Part shown: positions 41,801-53,800 of the stretch, piece by piece
How positions within the stretch are numbered: position 1 is the first letter of the stretch
Layout of the letters: each line of letters starts with the position of its first letter
NCBI GenBank assembly: GCA_050575255.1
Contig: JBNZDD010013549.1
Span: forward strand, 880,413-944,412
Origin: Harriotta raleighana
Taxonomy: Eukaryota
DNA: 64,000 bases
Direction of reading: 5' to 3'
Notes under the pieces: generated by a model
The model's database searches: none
What the model saw: the letters and a program-made list of their open reading frames with translations, nothing else
Told to the model about the DNA's origin: nothing
Program-made: the position numbers and the translations under genes

Positions 41801-44800
41801 TGCTTAAATTAGGAGCTTCAGGATCGGATTGATGAGCTCCAGTCTGAGTTACAAGCATATCAGACCCAAGACAAAAGTTTCAAACAACTCTGGGGAAGTT
41901 CCTTGTCAGATGAAATGGAGAATCAGACTGACATGGTTGATCAAGGTACAGCTGCAAGCTCTCAAAGCATTTGACGATCATTTGACGAATTGCAATGTTC
42001 AACCACACTCAACATACTGTTTTGGAGTGTGAAAAGTATGTCTGTATTGTAGTGTCATCAAGTTGTCACTCAATATACAAGGATAGATTATTGTAGTGTG
42101 GGCGAAGCTTTTAGGAAACATACTTCGAGTCAATATGAAAATATACTGTTTGTCCAAACCGATGTGAACTATGTATTAATGTGGAATTAATTTTAGTTTA
42201 ATTATTGTAGCAAAAAAAAATTCCCTCTCAGGGCAAAAATAAAATTTAGAAACATTTTCACAAATAAGCATTCGTCTAACTTGTTGAGCAAATTCTTTAT
42301 CGTTCTATTCTAGGACTGGAATCTGAAGAATGTAATGCATTGAATCTGAGTCTTGAGGCAGAAATGGTCATCGAGCAAATCAAAGAGCAACATCACCAGG
42401 CGTTTGATAGTTTGAAAGTCGACCTTGAAACCAAGGCAAGTAAATTGGACTGACTCAAAGCAATGTAATTTATTATTGGAGAAGGTTTGTCCACTTCAAG
42501 GCTAAAATGATTGTTTTTTCTGGGAAGTATTGTGCATTGTTCAAGCAATTGTATTCTTCGTAATTCTATTTTGATGGCTAATTAGTATTTTGGTGATCAA
42601 ATTATCTTGTCACAATGAGACGCAAAGGATCTTTGACAAAATGCATTCTTATCTATTCAAATGGCCTATTTAAGCATTTGAGTGATCCATACTTTTGATA
42701 AATCACATTTGCTTATGCAATAACTATCTTTTACAAAATATACTGATTTGCTATCATCACTGGACTTTCACATCTTGTGACAGTTTTTTTTCTTGGGTTG
42801 AAAATTGTTACCAATGTATTTTGTGCTCATATATTGTGTATTTTCTAAAATATAAAATCTCTCTGGAGTAGTGTATGATCTGGATCTTTTTCTGCATTTT
42901 TTTTCCAGGTACATTTTTACAAGGCACAAATAGAGGAGACAAAACTCAAATATGAAACGGAGGAAAAAACTATCAAACAGAAGTGCAAGGAAGATATTGT
43001 CCAAATGGAAAAACAAATAGATGATCTCAAAAGCCATATTTCCGAACTCCGAGAAGAGACCAAGTACGTTAAAATGCTGCAGGAAACCACTAAATGCAAG
43101 TGCGAAGAAGAGAAACGGGCAGTGCAGGATTGGTTTCACGAAGAGAAACGTCAAATGCAGGAACAATTCAAGCAAAAACTCGAAGAAACTCTCAGGATGA
43201 AGTTAGAGGAAGAGAGAAGGTGTTTTCACAGAGAGAAAGAAACGCTGTTGGAGAAGCAGAAAAGTGCTGAAATGCAAATGGCGGCCCAAAAAACAGAACT
43301 GACACAGACATTCCTACAAGAGCGAGCTGAGCTGCTGCAGGTCTACGAAGCACAGATGTCTGAGATCGAGCAAAACCTGACGCAGGAGAAAGAGGAGGTG
43401 CAAAGGGATCTCCTGGCAGAAAAGCAAAAGGAGCTTCTTGCGCAAAGGTGAGGCCCTTGTAACTGGCATCCAAGGCCTAATAGATTTAGAAAGTTAATCG
43501 TGAATCATAGGGAGGAATACATGAGTGTATTTCTTCCTCTTTGGGACTGATTTGAAACAAATACATTAGCTTTAGGTTAATAGTTATCTTATGAATCCAA
43601 CAAAATTAACCTATTGTAATGTAGAAATGTCAGTCTGTAAACTTGAGTAACGTTTTCTTGCCCGACTGTTGAATTTTCTGATCGAGGGTCAAACGGCTCC
43701 AATTCCACTGTTTAATTGGAAAAAAAGAACTGAAGCAATGTGCGGAGATTCGGGACGATCTGGCTAGTTTATAAGAGAAATGTGTCCACAAAACATACAG
43801 TCAATCCATTTTACAGTATTAATAATATAATAAATAAATATAATAATAATAATGCTTGCATTTGATATAGAGCTTTTTATATCTTATCGATGTTCCAAAG
43901 CGCTTCACAGAATATACTGTTTTTGTGGGCGGAACGCGGCAGCCAATTGCGCACAGCAGCGTCCCACAAACAGTCATGGATTTAAATTACCAATTTTATT
44001 CTTGTGGGTTTTTTTGGAGGGATTACAATTTTTACAGTATATTCTGTGAAGCACTTTAAGATGTCTCAACAACTTGATAAGGCTCTGTATCAAATGTAAC
44101 GATTATTATTGTCATTTATTCCCAGTGGATTTGCTGGAATGACACTGATTTAAATTATTGAAATATTTAAAGCTCACAGGAGTGTCCAGAACGCCCAGCA
44201 TTCGATGACAGCATTAAATTCCTGGCCGCATAACATAACACTGCATAGGATATTTCTTTCAGATAATGGTTTGCTTCTTGTATTGTAATAAAAAATTGTT
44301 TATTTTTTCTAAAAAGAGTAATATTTGTGACATTTCATCACGTAGGAAAAACATGGAGAACGATTTTAAACAGAAGATTTCAGAGATGGAAGCCCACTAT
44401 TCTAAAGAACATCAAAAAATCATGCTTAAACTCAAATCAGAAAAGTCTGAACTTGAGCAGAAATATCAACAAGAAATTATGGAACTCCGCGATCAGCTCT
44501 GGGAAAAGAAAGGTCAGTGGGAATTTGAAAAGGAGGAGATTCTACAGGAATACGAAGAAGAAAAGGAGAGTCTAAAGGATGCGTTGGAAAACAAAATAGC
44601 CCTACTTTCTTATACGATAGCCCAGGAGAGGGAACTTGTGGAAAAATTGGGAAAAGAAGAATTGAATAAGTTTGCTTCTGAAAACCAGCAGCTGCAGAAA
44701 GAAATTACGGAGTTACAAGCCTCTACCTCCAGGAGAGAGAACAAGTTGTCAAACGAACTGATTTGTCTGAAAAGGGAAATGGAGGCACAATTACAAGTGA

Positions 44801-47800
44801 AGGACAAACAGTTGACTGAGGCTGAGGGGAAGTGGGAGCAGTTGAGGGTATTGCTTGAGAAGGTAAGAGCAGAATCTGAAGAGGAGAAAGCAGCACTGGA
44901 CTTGAGGAAACAAAGCTTGGAAGAAACGAATCAGGCGATGATGGAAGAAGCAGAGGCTTCTGCACAACCTCACATGTCGCTGGAAGAATTTGAGAGGGAG
45001 CGAGCTGAGATGAGAGCCGAACTTTCCAAACCGCAAGAGGCGGCAAAAGACGCGCTCAAGAACGCGGTGGCCCTTTGCGACGTGCAGAAAATCAATGAGG
45101 AGTTGTTGAGGGAAAATCAAGCGTTGGATCGCAAGATCAGCCAACTGCAGGAGAAGGCACAAGAACTGGAAAAAGAATCTCTGCTTCTCGCAGAACTGAA
45201 AATTGCTCACGAGGGAGTGAAAAGGGAGAACGAGGAGATGGGCGCTGAATTGTTAGAGCTGCAGGAAAGGACTAAAGATTTAAAAGGGAAAGCATTGGCA
45301 CTTGCCAGCCGACAAAATACCATTGAAATTCTTACAAACGAAAAGGCAGAAATAGGGAAACAAAATGTAGAGCTGCTGGAGAAAGCTAAACGGTTAGAGG
45401 AGAAAGTAATTCTTCTGACCAACATTGGGAAAGTACAGCATGAGTTTGAGAAAGAAAAAGCACAAAGAAATTCCGAGAATTTGAGCTTGAAAGAGAGGAT
45501 AAGGGAATTGGAAGAAAAATCCAGGGAACTCTTAATCCTTCAGACCACTGTAGAACTGCATCAATCCCAGAAGGCAGAAATAGTGAGGCAGCATCAAAAA
45601 CTCCAAGAAAGGTCGAATAGGTTGGAAGAGAAGCTTGTGTTTTTGACGGATTTAGAAAAGACACATGTAGAGCTTGAGAGAGAAAGGTCGGAAATCGTTG
45701 CAGAGAACGTCAGTCTGAAGGAGAGAACGAAAGAGTTGGAAGAGAACGCTTTGTCCATTCTAGCATTGCAGAAGAAGAATGCTCACACCGAGAGAGAAAA
45801 TGTTGAGTTGAAGGCTGCCATGGCTGAGTTGCAAGCACAATCTACTGAGATGGAACGCCAGGCTAGAGTCAACAGGTAATGGTCACGTTTGGCCTGTGAG
45901 TTTTCAGTAAATTTCCTGTCAATCGTGAGAAGCTATTTTGCTGTGTAAAAAAAAATATATATATATTTTTAGTTGGCTAAAGTTTACAATTAACAATTTC
46001 ATTTCTAATGCTTTTTCCTTCCAAAAATGCATGGACAGCTGACTTCTGCTGTGAGATGTGGTAAGCCTGGAACCAATAATGGGTTGAGGTGGTGCATTTA
46101 TTTTTGCATCATGCCTTTGTGGTGTCTGAATGCTTGAAATGGTTTCTGTTTTGATGTTGTTGTTGAACGCAAAAGGCTCAAAGTAAATGCTTGGACATTC
46201 TGTTCTGAATAAAAATTGCTGCCAACATCATTATGAATGTCAATCGCGCTTTCATTCCCCCAAATTTGATTCATTGAGGGCAAAAGTCGGTAGCGGGTCA
46301 TTAATCAGATGTGTAGTTTCACTGAACCTGACGTAAAGCAAGACGAGTCTCTGTAAGATCACAGCTATTTCTCAAAGGATAATTGTTGATTAGACAAGAG
46401 TGTGTAAAAACCATTAAGTTGCAAAAATTGGGACAACCTTCTGGCATTCCTAAACTCATTCCTTTCTCTATATAAACAACGTTTACTCACGACTTTGAAT
46501 AACATGAGCACTCCCCTCTCCCCCCCCTCCCACCACCCCCAACCTCAGTACCCCCCACCCCTCAGGCCATCAACTTGTATTTTGCTAAATGGTGTTTATT
46601 TGGGGGGTTGGGTGGGAAGGATGTTAATACAGGGAATGGGTACTTTATCTCAGTAAGAAAACGAGGGAAAGCAGTTGATGAATGCTAGTGCTTATGTTAA
46701 ACTGCGCAAGAAAAAATAAGAGTGGGAATATTATGGAATATGTAAAATGCACCACCTTTTTGTGGGTTTCATCAAGCATGTCAGAAAGGTGATGTTCATT
46801 CCTCGTCATTGAGTGAAATGCACCATTGCATGCCTGATTGTCTCTGTCTGACAGTCTTGCATGATTTCTTTGTTCACCTATTTGTTGACTTGCATGTTCA
46901 TCTCTTTCCCCACCCCCAAGTTGTCGTCCGCCGTTACATTTTATTGCTGAACTAAATTGTTTGTTTATCCTCGAGGGTTTCATGTAATAAACATTTAGCG
47001 ATATCTCAACCATACCCTTTGCATCTCCCCGTGAGTGTCTTTCGGTGTGCACACATGTGCATGAAAATGCTACAAACGCAACCTGAATTTGGATATTCTT
47101 GTACGAGTTGCACTCAGTTTGCATGAAGCATTTTAGTTTTCGATTCATCAAATTACGTGCAGCAGACTGGCTTCGTCACCTGACCATGTTTAAACCTGTT
47201 CTTGCAACGTTCTTTCTTGCACAGTGGTGAAGCTGAAGAGCTCACTGAGAAATATGCCACCTTGCAACGTAAAATGGAAGAGGAAGGAAATTTTCATCAG
47301 AAAGTAACGGAAATGAATAAAGCGCAACAGGAATTAATGTAAGTTCTTGGAAACACTCATGAGACAGCGTAACATTCGTAATACTGTACTCATATTTGGT
47401 GATTAGTAGCTTGCATTTAGCACAACAACTTTATACCTTTCAAGCTACTGTACAGTACTTGCATTATTATCAAGCTGAATACAAACTTACATGGGTTTCT
47501 CGTTTTACAGGCAACAGGGGGAGATTTTAAAGGCTGAAAATATGACTGCTCAGAGAATTATAGAAATGCTGAACAAACAGGTACGTTCTTCATGATTTCA
47601 GAAAATGTCAAACTTTCAGAAGTTTCAAAGATCAGTTCCTGCTGTATTGTCGACAACATACCACTTGGATGAACTGAGCAATTTCACGTAGCAGGATCCT
47701 GATCATTGTATGAACTGTAAGCTGTGCTTTTTGTTAATTTAAAATGCTTTATCAAGCGCTTTGAGACGTCGATAAGATGTGGAAAGCACTATATAAATGT

Positions 47801-50800
47801 AAGGATTATTATTATTTATTATTATTACTGGATGATGATGATATGATAAATTCATCATTGAACAGGCCTGCTCCTGCTTGGGGAGTCCTGATTCTGTAAT
47901 GTTACTAATTCTCATTTTAAGTAGAATAATGCAGTGCTGATATTAAAATGTAGGTCACTTGTTGGGTTTAGAAATATTTTTAATCCATGGTCCTGTGCAA
48001 CCGAGGGATTAATAATGAAACTCAGTGATAATCTATTTGCAGATATTGGCAGTGTTAAAGTGATTAACAGAGGAAAAATTTAGGGCAGGGTGCCTATAAT
48101 CTTGGAATTAAAACTGATTGTGTGAGAAGGCATTAATCTTTTTTGGTCATTTGCTGATATTAACTCCCCCAAATGTCTTGATTATTTTTTAAGAAAGTCA
48201 GGTATAGACTGTTGCCTAAACATCCTATAAACTGCGACTTCAAAAATCGTGAAGTATTATGCTGTTTTTGTTTGCTGTTTCCGGGGACAGTATTAAACAC
48301 CCTGGTTTGAATTGCAGCAGATGTTGTGACTTTTAACTGCTTTCCATATCTGTTGGTGCGCTTGCTAAACTGACTGCCGCCCCGACCGTTCTCAAAAACC
48401 TTTGTTCCAAATTGTACCCCAAATCAGATGGCGGAGACAAGATCCCGCACTCGGCAGCTGGATGCGGAGAATGAGGACCTTTGCCAAAAAAACTCTAAGA
48501 ATCAAGCTGACTTGCAGGATCTGAACCGCCGGCTCACTGATCTTCTGCGACAGAAGGAGAAAAAAATGGATAGGCAGCTGCTCGAAGAGTGGGAGCAAGA
48601 AAAATCCCAACTAGTGAAAGAAATGGAAAACAGCCGAATCGAGGTAAATCTTTGTGATGACTGCCTCCTAACCAACCACAGTGGCCCTAATCGTTCAGTG
48701 ACTTTTGAACGCTTCATATCGAAATCAAAATTACTAATCGGCATTTACGATACCCATTTTGTGCTGCTGGGAGTATTCATTACAGTTTGACTGCATTTTC
48801 AGTGAAGAACTGAGGGTGAGGGAGAATATTTCCATATAGCTTTCCTCCTATTTTGCAACTGAAATTGCTTCTCAACAGAGAGACTCTTTCAGCCAAAAGG
48901 GTGGGATAATGTGGCATAGCTTTCTGTCCTCTGTGGGTGTATTTGTTGCGGATCAGATAGTCTGTTTATACTCTTCTTTCTCTTGCGGATGCTGCACATT
49001 ATCATCCAGCGACGCTCTGAATGAAAACATAGCTTTGGGTGTGTTGGCAGTCATGACGTTACATGTACATCTTGCCTATTTCCGGACAGTCATCCGCTCT
49101 TGTATCGGCTTTGGAGACCGATTTGTCTGAAGTGGAGCTGAAGAATCACCTGCTGGAACAGGACAAGCTTCTCCTCAGACAACAGCTCGAAGATGTGACG
49201 TTTCAGGTAGAGACGACTCGCCAGTTGATAGTACATAATACAATTCAGTGTTGATAATGATAAATCTAAGTAAACCTTTTTAAAAAATAAAAACTGTCAC
49301 AAGTCTGCCAGTACTTTATAACAACATGTTTAATTGAATATCATATTTTTGGAAAAGGATTTGTGTGCTTTTTCTTCATGTGATTTGAAGATGCTGCCAA
49401 GCCTTCATATTAGTAACTCGAGAGTCCTTTTGCACAAAGCAGTTCTCTGCTTATTTGATATTGTGAGAATATTTGTTTGATGAAAGACACCGGAATTGTT
49501 GTTGTTTAGTTCAGATATTAATTCACTGGTTTCATACAGTTACATGAAGTGATGATGCATAGTTGTTGACATCCTTAGTGTTCTTAAATGGCTTCTGCAT
49601 TGATGTAGATATAAAATGAACTTCTTCTCTCTCAATAAGCTGAACAGCAGTTTCTTGTTTCTCCAGTTATCCGAGTGTAATGAGCTGGAGAGTGAGGTCA
49701 CTTCTCTGAAGAGTACGAATGAAAAGTTAATACAGGAGAAAGAAACATTAAGTGAGGAGGTGAACCGCTGCGTTGAAAGGGTATGGAAGCACATTCAATA
49801 CTAATTGGTAGCTGTTAATCGCCTTTTATCGTTTGTTTTAGATTGAATAGGTAGCCATCGCCATCTAACTCGGATCCACAAATGCTTCTTATTATACATC
49901 CAGATAGCCAAAATGAACATCACGGAGTTGCAGATAATCGGTTTGAGACAAGAGCTGCAAGCTTTGCAACAACAAGTCGAGGAGTTGACTACGCAGCTGA
50001 CAACGTCACAAGAAAAGGTATTGCGGTATCTTAAGTTATATTTTGCCCGCCTCTTCAGCACCCTCAACGCAGCTCTCTTAATTGTGAAATCATTAAAATC
50101 TCTACTATAAGAGACACCCCTTTATGTAGTTTCGCCGCGTTGACTTTTCAACTCTTTAATCAGACCTAATTTTCCATCCTAAATTTTGCTATTCAAATTT
50201 GATCCTCTTGTCCTATCGCCCAGATCAAGAGGCTGGACGAAACCTTACAAAGTGCTCATCTCCAGGCAGCCCGGCGTAAGTCAGACTTCCGCGTCGCACA
50301 ACAGGAGAAGGAGGCCTTGAAACAGGAAGTGGTGTCATTGCACAAAGAACTTCAGACCACCAAAGATGAGGTACAATGTGACATCGATTCTGCTTGATCT
50401 CATCACGTGTAGCCTGCAACATTTCAAATGAGGCCGAAACTGTTCCTTGGCAACCGCATTGCATTTGTAGAGCGCCTTTCGCGTCGGGAGGACGTCCCAA
50501 GGCGGTAAAACCAACCTGAGCTCGTGAACATTTGCTCAGAAGAGCAAAATCTGAAACCCGATGCTTCCCAATTAAAAAATACAACAATCACTTGTACAAT
50601 AGTAGCAATACTCAAGCATCCATTGTTGAGAGGAGGTCAATGGTCAATTGGTCAATGCTCCCAATTTTGTGGGTGAGAGCTTCTCATTTCTCATCCGTTA
50701 ATGCGGATTGTACGCTCCTGCTTGGGATTCTGCACTCGGTTAGTTGCAGGTTTCAGTGACGCTGTCAGAACACACTATTCCACAGGCAGGAACAGACAGT

Positions 50801-53800
50801 CAAAGGATGAGGCATTTGAAGATGCTTCCATTCCAGTTAAGCAGCCGGTCACAGTATTGTCGTAGAACTAATGCTCTTCCAGAGTTTCCTTCAACAATCT
50901 TCTGATTTTCAAATAAGATCATGATATCTTTCTTATTAGAATCAGGTGCTAAAGCTGAACCTGCATTCTGTGGACTTCCAACACAATCATAAGAGGCTAT
51001 ACCGGGATGACCTGGCTCGGCTGGTCGAGAAGGAACAACAAATATTGAGGCAGGAGAACGAGAGGCTTCAGAGAGAGGCTCAGCACACAAAAGGAGAGCT
51101 GCAGCAGGCCCGAGAGAAGGTAACGAAGAAAGCACCTTCAGACTTCAACATGAATTGCTTTGTATCTTGGAGGAAGACTGTGACTGCGTCTCATTTCTAG
51201 CAGCCATTGCCATCTAACTGAATGAGCACGTCTAACTAGAAAGTAGAAGTGAAAAAAACCCCCCAGCAAAGTTACATTTGTATATAAACACATCCATCTA
51301 AGTAGCCCACTGAAAACAGAGGCCTCTTTCATCTTTTAGACATGGGTTCAAATAACCATTTGTCTTTCGAGGAGCAAGGTTGCAACCAGGCCTATAGAGG
51401 ACTGCTCTATAGAAAAACATGGGCAGCTTGTTTGCACACAGCAGTGACCCAACCAATGGACTGAATAATTCAAAGCGTCAAGAGATTTGGTTGATTTGGT
51501 GTGGGTTAAAAGAGGAGCCCTGTAGCTCAGTAATTAGAGCTCTTGTCTTGCAAGTGTGAGACCTGTGTTTTCAATCCAGGCAGATCAGGGCGAAACCTTG
51601 AGCATGTTTCCTTACTCCACCCGCTTAACAATAAGCCGTCCCCAAAAAACTTGGTCATTTTAATCCATGACCATTTGTGGGACACTGCTGTGCGCTATTG
51701 GCTGACGCGTTTCGCCCTTAAATACGCAGTCAATTCACTTTACAGTATATTCTAGGAAGCGCTTTGAGACGTTTAGAAGACGTGAAAAAGCGCTGTATCA
51801 AAATGCGAGGATAGTCGGATGCACAAATCCCACGTGAAGTTTCAGTAGAACATGTTTTTGTTTAAAATCAATACTTTGATGAAAAATTTACCGGGAAGAA
51901 CAATATTATTTTCTCGTTTTGACAGATCAAATATCTAGATTCTGCACTTCTCACCCTCAAACAGCAGAAACACTACAATAAATCTGCCATGGTCAAAGCT
52001 GCTGAACAAGAGAAACTCAGCCTGAAGAGAGAATGTGACCAGATTCAGAAAGAACTATTATCAGCCAACAGGAAGGTAAGGCATAAGATTAATAGAGGAA
52101 AGATTGTTTTCCTCTCTAGGAACATCCAATTAGAAGGGAAGGGAGGCAAGAGAGTTAGGAAGGAAACGTGCCTGCATTTGAGTTAAGATTTGTCTCTGAA
52201 TAGATGAATAGAAAATAAATGAAATCTTTATAAAGTGTTGATGGAGCAATAACTCTGGAAGAAATTAATATCAAGAAAGGATTCTTTAAACAAAATAGAG
52301 GCTGCTCAAGGTCATAAATAGTGAGCTCAAGTAACCTCTATTCAACGGTAGCCTATCTGCCCTCAATCCGAATCCAGTCTAAATATCATGCATAAATGAA
52401 ATATTGAGTAGAGTCTACATGTGGTCCTGAAACTGCATTCATTCTTCTGCTAGATGGGCTCACTCGAACAGGAGCTGGAAATCCTCAAAGTAGAGAATGA
52501 AATGCTGCAAAACACCCAGGCCATCCTGAAGAGCCAGTTGATGGAGACTCGTGATCAGGTACGTTGGGTAAAACTGAAAGAAATTTGTGATCAAATGATG
52601 TTCTATTTATTTGGTATTCTTGAGCTCCCCATTGTTGCTCTTCTGCGAGACCAGCTAACACAACACTGACCAGACATCAAATCTAAGACAACAACAACAA
52701 AATTACATTTATAGAGCACCTTTCATGTTGGGAGGACGTCCCAAGGCGCTGAATCCATTGGCTCGATATCAAACTTAGCTATGCATTTATGTGACTTACA
52801 AAAGTCACATAAGTCACTTTGGAGAAGTGTTATGTTGGCTATTTTCTGGTCAGGATGAGCAGAAACCAAACATTTGTTTATAGTCTTTAGCTCTTCTTTC
52901 TTGCACTCATTGTGTTTGTGACTGATGTGCATATAAAACAAAGTGAATTGGGTACACAATGCACCAGAAAGGTTTATTGGCCTGTAGGTTTATTGGCCAG
53001 TGGGGCTTTTCATTTCAAATACTGTAATTGCATAATCACAGTGTTTACAAGGCTGTCATTTGACTGACTTCATTGTGAACAAATAAACTCGATCAGCCTG
53101 TTGAATTTGCAATTAAAATCTTACTTAGAATTTAAGTCAATCTCGTGACATGGAAGTCATGATGTGAAGACTTCAAGGTTTTGGATTAACCTGTGCCTTG
53201 CTAAGTACAGTAGTATATTTGTAGTATTCTTTAAATGTGAGTTCTGCCCTCCCTTATCTTTTGAAACATTGTTCCTTGGAACTGTATAAAGTATGTAGTT
53301 GAAATTGTATACCTTGTAGTTGAGGAAGTTATTGTTTACGTTTACTACTTCACAACTTTGCACGTTGACTTTCCTGCTAATTTGTGTTGTTCCAAACTTT
53401 AATATATTTACCGACAAAAGCATTTGATAAATGTAGACATTGTTCAGAATGTGGCTGAAGTACGCCAGAAAAATAAATGTTTCTATGCCATCCTTCGCAC
53501 CTTAATGCAGGTTTCCAGCAGAATCCACTCAGTCACAGCAGTTGAAATTAAAGGGCAAAATCAAATAGGGAAATCTAAATAAGATAGAAATAATGAAAAT
53601 CCATAGCAGACCTTTCAGTGTCTGAAAGAAATAATAATCCTTGCATTTTGATGTAGCGCCTTATCAAATTTTGTGTTTCGCCCACAAATATACAGTCAAT
53701 TCACTTTACAATTTATTCTGTAAACTCAATTTATTTTGAGACTTTTAGAAGACATGAAAAGCGCTATATCAAATGCAAGGATTATTATTATTATCAGGTA

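Noticed and set aside
44610-45664. Minus-strand ORFs antisense to the giant exon
   Set aside because: Shadow ORFs of a purine-rich coiled-coil coding strand
51514-51590. tRNA-like sequence with A/B boxes
   Set aside because: It is the head of a SINE and continues into the SINE body; not a tRNA gene
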